The notes: a model not told the origin generated them from the sequence alone. A DNA stretch of 64,000 nucleotides from Sarea resinae (GCA_026026165.1 JAPEUD010000008.1:186001-250000), one strand, 5' to 3'; counted from the first letter of the stretch, positions 36,877-50,169 are shown. Numbers and translations: made by a program.

Positions 36877-37973
36877 TTATCCCTTGTGCTTCTCCTGATC
36901 TGCTTTCTGTCCTTGCATGACCCATTGGCTATGATGCTTAGCGTACTCCTCCTCGCCCTCCTATCGTCGAAGTCACCCGTCAGCATTTGCCAAGACATAG
37001 CCCATGTGAATTGGCACGGGTCGCTTTACGGGAACAAAACGTTAAGCTACTCACCTTACTCTGCATTTTCTTCTTCATCTCAAACGGTTCGGGGACGTCC
37101 AAGCCGCGCTGCACAGCGGGCCGCGCATTGATCCGATCCAACCAATCACTCACCCTGCCAAACTCTCTGACATCAACGCCCGCCCACTCGGCCCAATTGA
37201 TCCACGAGAAACACGCCAGGTCGGCAATCGTGCACCTATCGCCCACGATCCACGGGCCTTGCGTACCGGGCTCGTTGGCCTCCTTATTCACGTGCTCGAC
37301 TCCACCGGCATGACTCGCTTTCGTGCCGCCGGCCGTCCGGTTGTTTTCCGCCATGTATTCCAGCCGGTCTTCTAGCACGCCGTACAGGCGCTTGGTCTCG
37401 GTCTGGTACCGGGTGATGGCGTAGGGGATCTTCTCGGGCGCGTAGCGGTAGAAATGGTTTGCTTGGCCCTGCATGGGTCCGATGCCTGCGTTCAGCCAGA
37501 AGAGCCATTCCACTACTTCCCAGTAGCGGTCCGTGTTGTGCGGGTAGGATAGCTTGTACAACGGGTCGTATCGGTCGGTGAGATATAGCATCAGGCTGCC
37601 GCTCTCGAAGACGCGCTTTTCTTGGTTTTTGTTTTCTGGAGTGGGGGTTTTGTCGACGATGGCGGGGATGCGGCCGTTGGCTGAAGAGTGTTTGAATTAG
37701 TATCTCTTGGACTAGAGACGGAGGGCACTCAACGTCGAGCCCAGTAGCTACGAATCTCGTCAAGACTAAAGGAGGAAAAGGAGGAGAAAAGGGGGCGATA
37801 CGATTGATTCGGAGGAACCAGTCTTCTTTCTGCTGGTTCTTGCTTATATCGACCTTGACGGTTTCATACTTGAGCCCGAGTTCTTCAAGAGTGATGCTGG
37901 CCTTTTGCCCATTAGGCGTTCCGGCGGTATAGAGGATGATGTCTGTCTCGGGCGCTCTGGAGGAGCCCGACAT
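36877..37973 (-). CDS. Glutathione S-transferase, Ure2/Nu (YfcG)-like, 3 exons
   Basis: LYTAGTPNGQK, IN|PNGRIPAIVD, FESGS, GPMQGQANHF, ETKRLYGVLE, TIADL. Introns at 37681-37801 and 36961-37054. Confidence 0.93.
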
Positions 37974-38492
37974 GTTGAATACGGTGTAGATAATCACGGC
38001 AATTGAATAGAATTGGGAGGAAGGTGAAGCTTGGGCGACAGGTCCTTGTATCTACAAAAGGAGGAATAGGAGAACCAGATGAGAAATGATTTGATCACTA
38101 GCTGACGACATCACCAGCTGCACGCATCATGACCACATTGCCATCCTGCAGTGGATAGAAATCAATCAGATCCATTATGCATCTATGACGTGCAGGCCAC
38201 GGTTGGCGGCACAGAGACCGGAACAAGGTCGGCCCGGGGGATCCAGAGCGGAGGAGATCTCAGGTCACGGGAAATCGCGTCATCTGGTAGCTCGTCCATA
38301 GCAGACCCTCATTTGTCATTGCACAATGATGGATTGCACAATGATCGATGGAGACGGCTTAGTAAACACTCGACTTTCCATTCTTCACGATATGGCGTCA
38401 ACTCTCTCTCTGAATTGTCGTTGCATCTTTCTCTCTCCATTGTGCTTGGAGCTCCAGCGGGACAGGCAGTTGAGACAGACACATCGTCCACC
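37974..38492. promoter_or_regulatory. Divergent promoter region between GST and cysA
   Basis: 519 bp between opposed ATGs. bZIP-like sites at 38185 (ATGACGTG) and 38392 (ATGGCGTCAA). Confidence 0.55.
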
Positions 38493-40265
38493 ATGAATAG
38501 CCCGAGGGCTCTGCTCAAGTCTGCGAGGGCAGCAACTCAGACTCTGAAAGTCGCGAGATCGAATCGCGCATTCTCACAACATCCCCACCATTTGAGTTCC
38601 CGTAGCTGTCGACGACACCTTCACACTCCAGGACCCTCGCAATCCCAGCAACCAACAGCGGCAGCAGCAGCTGCAGAGTCTGCGGCCGCTGAAGTCGAAG
38701 CCTCCACCAACCCAGCGCTCTCTTTCCCCTGTCTCGATGCCATAGAAACCCGCTCCGCCACCCTCCGCGCTCGCTCCCGCGCCGTCGGCCCAGAACCATC
38801 CTACAACACCGGCCGCCACCTCACCTTCCACACCACGCAACCTCTCCTCCTCGACTGGGGCGGCGTCCTCCCCGAATTCGACATCGCCTACGAGACCTGG
38901 GGCCGTCTCAACCGGGACAAGTCCAACGTCATCCTCCTCCACACCGGCCTCTCGGCCTCGAGCCACGCCCACAGCACAGAAGCAAACCCCAAGCCCGGCT
39001 GGTGGGAGAAATTCATAGGGCCCGGCGGGCCGCTCGACACGGATAAATACTTCATCATCTGCACGAACGTCATCGGGGGCTGCTATGGCTCGACGGGCCC
39101 GTCTTCCATCGACCCCGCCAACGGCGAGCGCTACGCTACGCGATTCCCGATCCTGACCATGGAAGACATGGTTCGGGCGCAGTTCCGGCTGCTTGACGGC
39201 CTGGGCGTGGACAAGCTGTACGCCAGCGTCGGCTCCAGCATGGGCGGCATGCAGAGTCTGGCCGCAGGCGTCCTGTTCCCTTCGCGGGTGGGCAAGATCG
39301 TCAGCATCAGTGGTTGCGCGCGCAGTCATCCTTATAGCATCGCCATGCGCCACACGCAAAGACAAGGTGCGTCAATTTGATTCCTTTTCCAACGCCCGCT
39401 TGCATCATTTCTTCAATTTCTTCACTTCGATCTCAGAGAGAAGGCTAACCTGCGGCACTACCCCACAGTCCTGATGATGGACCCGCACTGGTCGCGTGGC
39501 TTTTACTACGCGCCCAACATACCGCCACACATCGGCATGAAGCTCGCGCGCGAAATCGCCACGGTGACGTACCGCTCCGGGCCCGAGTGGGAGCAGCGCT
39601 TCGGCCGCGCCCGGGCCGACCCGTCGAAACCGCCGGCGCTGTGCCCGGACTTCCTCATCGAGACGTACCTGGACCACGCGGGCGAGAAGTGGTGCCTGGA
39701 GTACGACGCCAACAGCTTCCTGTACGTGAGCAAGGCCATGGATCTCTTCGACCTGGGGCTCGAGCATCGCCAGAAGATGGAGGCGAGAAGGAAGGAGCAC
39801 GAGGCCATGCTGACGGCGTCTGCGGCGGCTGCGGCGGCTGGGACCACGACCCCGACGACCACGACGACACCCCCCGCAGCCCCGCAGACGTGCAATCTCA
39901 CCCTGCCCGAGATCCCCTACCAAGAAACCGAGCAAGACATGCCCGACCTCTCGAGCCCGGCCCCAACCACACCCTCCCCCTCCCCCTCCTCCTCCACCAC
40001 CACCCCTCCAGCACAACCACCACAAGACCTCATCGCCGGCCTCTCGCCCCTCAAGCACCACCGGACCCTGATCCTGGGCGTCGCATCCGACATCCTCTTC
40101 CCCTCGTGGCAGCAGCGCGAGATCGCGACCACGCTGCGCGCCGCCGGCAACGTCGCCGGCGTCACCCACGTCGAGCTGCCCGAGCACGTCAGCATGTTCG
40201 GCCACGATAGCTTCTTGCTCGATCTCGAACATGTCGGGGGCGAGGTCGGGCGGTTTCTGGATTAG
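38493..40265 (+). CDS. cysA: Mitochondrial serine O-succinyl/acetyltransferase (MetX family, CysA/Cys2 subgroup), 2 exons
   Basis: Arg/Ser-rich presequence, [16 protein letters not shown] (in place of HALT), [15 protein letters not shown], nucleophile motif GSSMGG, YDAN, SDILFP and FGHDSFL. Intron at 39367-39468. Confidence 0.88.
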
Positions 40266-41030
40266 ATCAGGATTGGTTGATTAGATTGATTGATTAGATT
40301 GATTGGCGGTGGTTGGGTGGTTGGGTGGGTGGATGGGTGACTGACTGACTGACTGACTGACTGACTGACTAACTGACTGTGGCTGCCTGAGCGTCTTTTG
40401 GTTGTGGGATGGGGGGTTTTTTTCCTTTCCTTTCTTTCCCTTTCACTCTAAAACAACAAAGCGAGAGGCGCCGGCAAGCAAAGAGGCAATCCAAAACGCA
40501 AACAAACAGAAAAACAAACAGACAAACAAACAAACAAGCATTGGGAAAGGCGTCCATACATACATACACATACATATAAATACCCTATCAACCCACCTCA
40601 GGGACCCGGGGAACCGTCGTTCAGATTCTCGGAAAAACTCAGGATCAAAAGCGAAAAGCGTCTTCAAACCATATCAGAAGAGCATACATGAATGAGAACA
40701 GTCACCCCCATAGCGAGGCACCCGTTTAAGAAGTCCATTGTGACCTTGTGACCTTGGAATTCAAAATCCCATGCAAGTGACTAAGTAGTATATAACCTTG
40801 ATCGAGCTCTAACGGCAGAAAAAGAGAAGAAGAAGAGAAAGAAAAAAAAAAGAAAGGAATCTGATGCATCCCCGTCTTCGGCCCCTTCGGTCCCGCTCCG
40901 CTCCGCCCCGCCCTCCGTCCCTCGCCACCCTACCCTCCATACCCCTATCTACTCCAAACCGCTGATTCCTCTGGAGCCAATGATCCCATCCATCGACCAA
41001 CCAACCAACCCGACCATCAACTCGAACAAA
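40266..41030. repeat. Microsatellite-dense convergent intergenic region: (GATT)n, (GGTT/GGGT)n, (GACT)n, (AAAC)n, (CATA)n
   Basis: Visible arrays, e.g. (TGAC)n about 40338-40378 and (AAAC)n about 40499-40537. Confidence 0.9.
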
Positions 41031-41177
41031 ACGCCAGAACACGTATGAATTTCTTCTTTTTTTTCAAAACGTGCCATGCATGCTTCTATCCCGACTCTAT
41101 TTCACCCGGCTTGACCTCGGCTCTACCCGGGCACATGCTGTGCTGTAACGTACCTAGGTAGTGCCTTTTCCCCGTAT

Positions 41178-44100
41178 CTACAGTCTAGACTCCGGCACCT
41201 TTCCCTCGACGACGGCCAGCGCGCCCAGATCGCCGACATCGGCGGTGCCGTTGAGTAGGGCTACTGATGAAATCACGTCCGCTGGTTCAAGGAGATGCCA
41301 GCTGGCCAGCGTCTGCTTGGAACTGGCGCCTACGGTCACTGAAAAGACGTGGTCTTGTGGAAGTTTGGAGTTGCGAAGGGCCCGGAACATGTCTAGAAGC
41401 CACCCCCCCAATCAGTATAGGGTTGATGTCGCAAGGAGGGTTGCTTGTTCAAGCGAGCAGTTAAAGTAACATACCTTCGTCAGTAAAGTCATCACCAAGA
41501 CAGAGAACGAATTCCGGCGGTTGCCCGACTTCGTGACCATAATCGGCGACCAACCTCTTGGCAATCTCGCCCTTGTTGACGAATTTGGGCCGAACTTCGA
41601 GGTTGGCTTTTCCAGGCATCACTTCAACGTCCCATTTCTTAGCAACTGTGTTCTCCAGTTGCTTACGGCATTCCCTAGCCTGGAAAGCGCCATATTCGGG
41701 GTCGGCCCGACGATAGTGCCAGGTCAGCGCTATGCGTTTGCGCTCGATGAATGAGCCTATTAAAGTGTCAGATAATCACAAACACATAAACAGGAAACCT
41801 GATAAGGTCTGTAAGACTCGGAATTAGATCTACCTTGAGTCCGTTCCGTGTAATGCTGGAAAACTTCCATGACCTCCTTCTGCCAGCTCATGTCGACTGT
41901 TTCCGTCAGATTTTCCCACTCGTCGCTCCTGGGATGGCGCATGAAGCTTCCATGTTCTGCACTGAGTCCAAGCTCCGATATGTGGCCCATCCACTCATCC
42001 AGAAAAGCTTGATCACGCCCACTGATAATCCAAACAGCATTTCGTGGGTCAGAAGCGAGCGATTTGATGGTTCGAACAACCCGGTCCGATGGGATGGCCG
42101 ACTGAGGATCTCTGACAATTGGTGTAAGGGTGCCATCGTAGTCGAACATGAACAGCCTCTTCTTAGCCTGACGGTATTGTGAAAGAAGCTTGGCCTTATC
42201 AAGAAGAGGTGTTGCAATAGATTGGTCGAACGAGGAGAGATTCGTACAAAGGCGTTTAATATAATCCTTCGTCCAGGCCTGCACAGTATGAGTCGTCACA
42301 TGCTTGTAGAGCTTCGCATTCTGAGTCGCTCTGTCTTGCGTTGACATCGTTAGGGCTTCATCAATGGCATCGGCGACCCCACCGAGATCCCAAGGATTGA
42401 TGTGAATTGCAGTGCCAAGGCTACCTGCAGTTCCCGAGAACTCGGACAAGATCAGAGGCCCATGATTATCCTTCTGGCAGATGACGTACTCAAGACCGGT
42501 TGTGTTCATACCGTCCCGAACACTAGTGATGAGTCCCATATCTGCAATTCTGAGTAGAGCAAAGTATTCATCGCTCGATAGATATTGGGGGTAGTGATGG
42601 ACCGGGGAGAAACCGAGCGAGCCGTACAGTCCGTTGATCTTGGCCACCAGATCCGAGACCTTCTGTGAGATCTTACCATCCGAGTCCTCCCTTTCCTCTA
42701 CAACATTTGAAGGGCTAGTGACTTGAATGAGGACGACCTTGTCTCGCCATTGAGGGTAGCGTTCGAGGAACATTTCGAAAGCCATCAGCTTCTGAGCGAC
42801 ACCACGTACGCTATCCATACGATCTCTGCCAACGATGATCTTCTTCCCGGCATAGATTTCTCGAATCCGCAAAATCTTCTCCTCGATGTCCGGGTGTCCA
42901 AAGGCTAAGCGTTGGGTCTTCGCAACATCGATACCGATAGGAAATACGTCGACAGCCACATGGGCCCCGTATGCGTCAACTCCCGCGGATGAGGAGTCGA
43001 AGCCGAGAATCCGGGTGCAACACGACGAGAAATGGCGTGAGAAACTATAGGATTGGAAACCGATCATGTTCGCCCCCAGGACCCCCTCCAAGACCTCCTT
43101 TCGTCGACTGAGACAGCGAAGGAATTCGCTGCTAGGGAATGGTATGTGTAGAAAAAATCCAATGTAGATGTTTGGTAGGCGCTGTCGTAGAAGACTGGGA
43201 AGGAGAAGAAGTTGGTAGTCGTGAATCCAGATTATATCTCCTGGATTGTAGATCTCCATGATCCGTTCTGCGAACATCTGATTCATGCGATAATAGTCTG
43301 CCCACCATTTGCGTTCCGCTCGCCCGTCCGTGGGCTCGTGTTGCTTATAATGAAACAGATTGTAAAGCTCATGTTCTGCATACTTCCGCCACCTGGTCTG
43401 GTCTTTCAAGCGGTAGTCACCATGATCCTCCTCCGTGTCGTCCCTCAGCCAAACGGGTACAATCGTACCAGAACTATCTCGACCGAGTTGGAGCTCAAGG
43501 CGCTCGCGATCAGCTTTGGTTATTCTCAGCCCTTCTCCTTGGTGCTGATTGTGGTATCCTGGGGAGTCATCAAGTGGGACTGGAGCGGAGTTTTTGTTCA
43601 GAGGTGCAGTGGACGTTGAGATTGATGGTTTCCCGGAAATGTGCGAGGGAGACGCAGGAGGGGAAAGAACATCATCAGATGGCTTGATCTCGCCTGTCCA
43701 GCCGACAAGCGTATGGTTCCAAGGGCTTTCGGAAGACGACAAGTATGCAAATGAGTCGAAAAGAGCGGAGGTCCCTCGACGAGATTTGAGATTCTGCAGC
43801 GTGTCAGATCAGAATGGTAATCAGATGGCATCAATGCGCTTACCCAATCAACCCCCGAGCGGAATCCCACGTTATACGGAATACAGAAAGCAGCACTAAT
43901 GATCCTTCCACTCAAGGTGAGACCTGGATGTGCATCTCTTGGATCAAGCTCTGGGGTTTCCGGCTTGCCAGCGTCGATGAGGCTCAATCGGCGCAGCACA
44001 TCCTTGTGTGTCTGCGCACCAAGTGCTGCGTTGCCCGCAGAGTCAGGCCGAGCAGATGGAGGAAAGTATGAGCCAGAAAATCCAGGTGCTCCACTGGTTA

Positions 44101-44275
44101 CGTCGCTCGTTGTCGGTGCGTTGGGAGATTGGCCATGCGGTGTCTGGACGTAGGAAGACAGCCCAGAAGTGGCTACGCCTGGGGTGACAACCCCGTCTGC
44201 TTTGGATGGACCGAAGGCAGCAATGTCTGGCGAAGACTGCTGGCTGTGCTGTTCAGGCTTCACAGGTGAATCCAT
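41178..44275 (-). CDS. TPS2: Trehalose-6-phosphate phosphatase (TPS2/OrlA), 4 exons
   Basis: GT20 domain (WIHDYQL, GFFLHIPFPSSE, VRDGMN, LSEFSG), then an intact HAD domain (FDYDGTL, ISGRD, AEHG, GDDFTDEDMF). Introns at 43794-43843, 41757-41833 and 41393-41474. Confidence 0.95.
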
Positions 44276-46493
44276 CGGACCTGCGATGCCGACAGGATGA
44301 TTGAGGCTGTAGACGGATGTCAATATATTGATCGCTTGGGTAGACAGAGGACGGGCTCAAGATCGAGGGGCAATGCAGAGGGAATTGGCCGAGTTCAAAT
44401 ATATGAGATTGACGGCCTGTACGGCCGGGAAAAATGCCTCTCAATTGTTGAATGGTCAATCCGATCTGAGGAAGGGCTGGGAAAACAGCGTGACGTACAA
44501 AGTGAGTACCCGTACCTCTGATTTGTACTAGTGAAGGCCTCGAGACAACTGGTATCGACTTCGGATCGACCTTGAACTGTACGCCGACTGCGAACTCGAT
44601 AGCCGACTTGTGGATGGATTGAATCAAAGGACGATCTTGGCCAACAGTCACTCGACGCCACGCTCTGAAGACTGAAGATATCTCGGAAACGTGGAAACGG
44701 GGGATAGAGCGAGATGAAGAGCTCAATTGACGAGTTCAAAGCTACTCTGTAACGAGGGGCTACAGTGAGCGCGCACGCTGTACCGAGTACAGGCACAGAT
44801 GGCGGTGAAGCAGCCGGCAGTCTTTCCTTAGCAGCAGCAGCAGCAGCAGTAGCAGCAGTACTCTACGGGTAGAGTCAGGTAGTGAGTAAGTGAGTGAGAC
44901 CAGACCGGACCAGATGCATGGATCGACTCATCCAGGATCCAGGACGGTCGAGTGCCCCTCTCTTACCGAGACTAGATAAGATAAGGATACCGTACTCGTA
45001 CCTTTTCGTACTTCAGTACAGTGGCAGGTCTGACGGGCAGTTGACAGCTGGAGGTCTCACGTCTCAGGGCTCGGGTCTTTTCGAGTGAGGAGGGCAAGCA
45101 ACAGAAGGAAGGGGGCAAAGGGCGATGGATGGCTTTATACGAGGTCGAGAAGGGATGGAGCAGATTGGATTCTGTCCAAGGTTGCCTGGACCGAAGAGCA
45201 CTTGACGACGCAAGATGAAAGGTGAGCCGATTGATTGCCGGCTAGGACGAGAGGCGGTTGGAGAGATGGTCGAAGCAGTTCTCGACTGGATTGTCGCATT
45301 CGGGCCGCAGCTCGAGCTTCTCTGTTCTACTCTACCGTAGCTACTCTACTCGACCTTAGTGCTGCATCCATCTTTTCGTCTCTCCTGTTCCTACCTCAGT
45401 TGCAAGCTATCTACCCGTATCTGCGTTATGAATGGATTAGGCTGCTTCGTCGTTGGGAGGGCTTGGTGTTGGAAGGTCAAGGTAGTAGATACCTCCATAC
45501 TTTCATCCTTCCATCCATCCATCCATTCATCCATCCACCCTCGTCTCCCTCGTCTCCCTAGCCAAGCGACGACGGTGATGGGCAAGTCTCCGTGGGCCAC
45601 TGCGAGCTAGGGCTTCGGACACGGGTCAACGGGCTATGGGGATAATACTGCGCAAGGTACGCTTGATCTCTCGTTCCCTTCAACGCCATTGGACCTGGAT
45701 GGGACCTGGGCCACCATGCCCTGCCAGATGATATAGATTACGCACCGCATGGCGGCCAAGATACCATTGGATGTAATTGACGAGACGAGTATGTCTATCC
45801 TGTCCTCGCTCGTGCCCGAGGAACACGGGTCTCATTGGACAGCATGCACGCAATTCATGGGTCAATGCTACGGGTAGTCATGCCTATATCAACGGCAGCG
45901 CCCTACCTGCAAGAGTCGGTAGTCTACCGAGATCGCCTGGCGCGGATGGATTGAAAGACAGACTCTCCTTCTCGCCGGCAATCCCACCGTGCCTGGCATG
46001 TGAGACGTATCCATGGATGCTGGGAGTGGTAGGGAACGACATCAATCACCACCCACTGATCATCAACCACTTCCCGTAAGCCGCCGTCTTACGGGATTGA
46101 CACTGTGGGTAATACCCTCGCGCAAGACCCTAATGCACGTGTCATCTAATTGCCTTGTCCAGAAATACCGGCTCTGTAGACGTTCCAATGCAGGCTCCAT
46201 GATGGATGGATAGCCTTTCATGGCACGTTTTGGGCTAACGACCTAGCAGCGGATACAACGTCTCTAGACACCTTTACCTATATGATTTACTCTGCACGAC
46301 AATCTTTTCGCCAGATACGGCAGACACATGCATCGCATCGGTCAATTGGAAAGCTCAAGCGATATCTATTGCATTTCTGCTTCTCAGACGCGGTATATAC
46401 AGTACAAGAGCCGCAGAGTCAAGAGACCCAGAGCTGGCCAGGTGTTCATCCGGTCCTCCAAGCCCCTCTTCCCATAAGCCTTTTATCGCACCT

Positions 46494-47136
46494 CTAGGAC
46501 GAGCTGAACCAGGTCTTGTAGCCCTGTATCACACAGCGATGTCAGCGATCGAGGACTCATAGCCGCCCGCGCTTGACGGTCCTCCTGTGGCGTGAGGTAT
46601 CAGAGAGAAAGTCTTACCAGGAATTGACGGCACATCATGTAGGTGGCACCTAGAGAGCACATGTTAGTTTATAGAAGGCAGGAGCCATGGCAATGCGATC
46701 GAAATATACCGGCAGAGGTGCCCCATAGGAGGCAGTAGTATGGCAGAAGTAGGTACTTGCTCCTCGGAGTCTGTGCAAGATCGTACTGTTAGCAAAACAT
46801 AGCCCATATCAACGATAATCTAGCCAGACTGATCAAAGCCGATGTCTCCGACCGGAACGGCTAGTCTGACGACTGTTGATCTCCGCTGATGACTGAATCG
46901 ATGGAGCGTCACTGACCTGGTTCCACTGCCTCACTCCATCGTGCTTTTGGAACAGGCGCTGATAGTGAGGGACACGATTCTCGCGGTACATAAAGCTAAA
47001 TGAAGAATGCAATCAGCAACGGAGTCGCAAAGGAAGAAATGTTCCGCCGGCCCGTCATCCACGATCCATCGAAACCACCATCCGCGGAAGAGGCCCTGAG
47101 CCAGGACCATGAGCAGGGAATTGCTTACCCGGCCAT
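46494..47136 (-). CDS. COX7: Cytochrome c oxidase subunit VII (COX7/COX7a family), 69 aa, 5 exons
   Basis: Exons 47129-47136, 46917-46995, 46710-46770, 46618-46649 and 46494-46523. All introns are GT..CTRAY..YAG and phases are consistent. Protein: MAGFMYRENRVPHYQRLFQKHDGVRQWNQTPRSKYLLLPYYCLLWGTSAGATYMMCRQFLGYKTWFSSS. Confidence 0.9.
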
Positions 47137-47469
47137 TGTGTAGGTTGAGTGATCGCAAACGGAAGAGCGGAGAGGAGTCAGATGTAGTTGATGATCGTGA
47201 TGAGAGATGGGAGTTGAAGGTGAAGCTTTGGAGTGGGAACATCGGCTGATTAGGCTGATGACTAAGCATGAGCTATCCCACAATGAGCTATCCACAAAAG
47301 TACTTTGCTCTGAAGCTGAAGGTTACCCGACAATCCATACCAAGACGAGCGAGCAACGATACAATGCAAAGAGAGTACTCCGGAGTACAGCTTGAGGGCA
47401 ACATACCCACCAGACAGACGTAATGCTTCAAGCTTCATCTCACCTTATATCGCCCTTGAATCCTCGCCA
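47137..47469. promoter_or_regulatory. Compact bidirectional promoter between COX7 and the PPR gene, with a tandem repeat
   Basis: 333 bp between opposed ATGs. ATGAGCTATCC(C)ACA is repeated in tandem at 47268-47296. Confidence 0.6.
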
Positions 47470-50137
47470 ATGCGGCCTGCATTGCAGAGGCTTCTTGAAA
47501 GGCCCTCAGGTCTTCAATTGCTGCAGACGCTCATAGCACCGTTGAACACCCTTACCCCGATCAGACTTCATTCGAGACCTTGCTATCGTTGTGGCGGATC
47601 GACTCTTACTGGGCGGAATGCGAGAAGATGGCTATCCCTGCCAGCACAGGCTCTGCAGGAGAATGATGTTCAGGATCCCTGCGAACGATCCGGAAATGCT
47701 CCCGTGCAGAGGGACGCGGTCAAAAATGAGAACGAGGAGACAAACGTCTTCAAGGCACCTGGCACCAGTAATGCGTTGGCTCTAGAGATCAGCAATGGCT
47801 TCTCGACGGTCGAGCGTATCGAATTTGAATCAGACGTGACAGATACATCGAGTACGGAGCTCCGGCTTGTCGATGACCCCAGATTCAATCACGACTTCGA
47901 GCTCTGGCTCCGAATATTGGAGTTTCGACAGAGAAGACAGGGCGAAGAGGGTGTCCTAGATGTATGGAAAGGAATCCAACAGCGGAACATCTGCCTTCCT
48001 ACAGTGGGCGAACGGGCAGATGAATTGTGGACCACGTTTCTCGAGTTGGGCTTTGCAAGGTCGGCAGTCCTAGAGGAGATATGTCTTTATGCCTTTCGTC
48101 TCCACAGGGATACACGTCTTCGGTGGCCTAAATTGTACGAGACAGTAATTGGGCATTTTCTCTGCACGAGGCCAGGCGATGCTTATCAATGGCACAGACG
48201 GCTCAGAGTTCATCATCCACCCCGACCGGAGCACTTCAAGGACCTTGTATGCTTGGGACTAGGAGACACACAGTCGAGAGGAGTATTGAGGCGTCTTTAC
48301 AAAGACATTGGACAGAGTGATATATACACGACTATCATTCCGTTACTATGTCAACAAGGGCTCTATAGCGAAGCTCTCAGATGGCATATATTTCTTCTGG
48401 GCCACAAGGACATTCCACCTGATACTCGGTCAGTCAAGCCTCTGATACAACACTTGAAGCTGTTCCAGAATCCAGAGCCTCTAAAGCGTGCCTTCGAGTC
48501 TCTGGAAAAGGCAGGGCTATCCTTTGAGAAACCAGCGCTGGAAGAGCCTCGGGAGGATTCAGTCCTATCGCGCGAGAAGATGAACCTCATACTAGGGGAA
48601 ACGTATCATATTCGGCCCAAAGAATTCAGCGACGAGTTCGGTGCGAGACTATTCGCCACTAAAGCGTTCTCGGTAGATGTCATCCTAAGTGGCATGGGCG
48701 CTCTTGGTGTCGGAGCGATTGGCCCTTTATCGATGAAGGAACTTGCTATGCGCGAAGAAGACCCGAAAGCAATTGTTCAGCGTCTCACGCAGCTCGATGA
48801 GGCCGGAATATCGATAGGCACTTCAGTCTTCTCCCAATGTGTGAAGAATGCTGCGATATCTAATGACGCTCAATTACTATATGATATCATCACAAGCGAC
48901 CAACACCCCGACGTCCTAGAAGACACGCCGTTCCAGGAGTCTCTTCTCACATTCTACCACAAAAACTCTGACTGGCGTAAATTCAATCGAACCCTTGCCA
49001 TCCTCACTGTTCACGATCCGGACTCTGGCCCTACCCATGTCTGGAATTCCCTGCTCCGTACCTATCTGCAAACGAGCAATTTCCCCACCGCCCAGCGTAC
49101 CTTTGGCGAGATGCGCCGTCGTGGTGTCTACATCGAGCCTGAAACCCTCAAAGCCGTCAGTCGTGTCATCCTACGCAACCGGGCCAAACACAAACGTCCC
49201 GATACGTGGTTTCGGGGCCCCAATGCTAACGGCGAAACTGCCAACGACGACCTAGGCCAGCTCACGAGGTTTTGGCTCGGCGCGCTCCAGGAGGGCTATA
49301 AGTTGCCGCCAAGCTACTGGACCGAGATTATTCGTCGATACGGCATGACAGGTCGATTGCACGAGCTCGAGAAGCTGATCTGGCACCTCGTCACCTGGTA
49401 TTCGCCACGGCAGTCGTCGTCCCGGGTGTCGAGAACGGCACGAATGGAAGCTTCAGATCTCTCTAGCATCTTCCTCCCTGATCCCACTACCACCACCAGC
49501 ACTACTACCACGACGACAACAACAACAACACCAACCACTGGGATCCCAAATACCCTGATTATTCCATCTGTCCCATCTGCCCAATCTGCCCTGCCTGCAG
49601 ACCTCCCTATCATTCCGGAATCTCACCACTACTATAACGAAGCCGACTTCTCCGCCCTCAACACCATCTTCTCCCCATCCTTCCAACGCGCCCTCGTAGC
49701 ATGGAGTTTCAAATCGATTTCCGACCTCTCACCATCCGCCTCGCGCGCCCGCCAACAGGGCATCACCGCTGATCCGATACCCCCTTACGCACGAGGCCTC
49801 CACCTCCTCGCGCAGCTCCGCCGTCACGGCGTTCACGTGCACACATCTCTGGTACGCAAAGTCGTGCGCGCCCGCCTGGTCACGCTCTTCGGCACGGCGC
49901 GCGTCAGCGACAAGCGCGAGAATCGCGTGGCTGCCAGCAAGAACCCATGGGGCCTGGAGGAGATGGTGCGGGTGCTCGATGGCGTCTGGGGTGGCGGCTT
50001 ATTCTCAGATGACGCGGGCGCGGGCGAGGCGGTTGACGATGAGACCGCGCGGGTCAGGAGAAAGAGGCAGGCTGCCAGGAAAAGGAAGAAGGCGAAGGAG
50101 CTCGCTGATGGCGATGCTGTGGCGGCGGTCCCAAAGG

Positions 50138-50169
<32 letters not shown>

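Noticed and set aside
38574..40232. Long antisense and alternate-frame ORFs (263, 275, 207 aa) over cysA, and similar ones over the amine oxidase, Zn2Cys6 and nitroreductase genes
   Set aside because: Expected shadow ORFs of codons ending in C/G, which remove stops from other frames.
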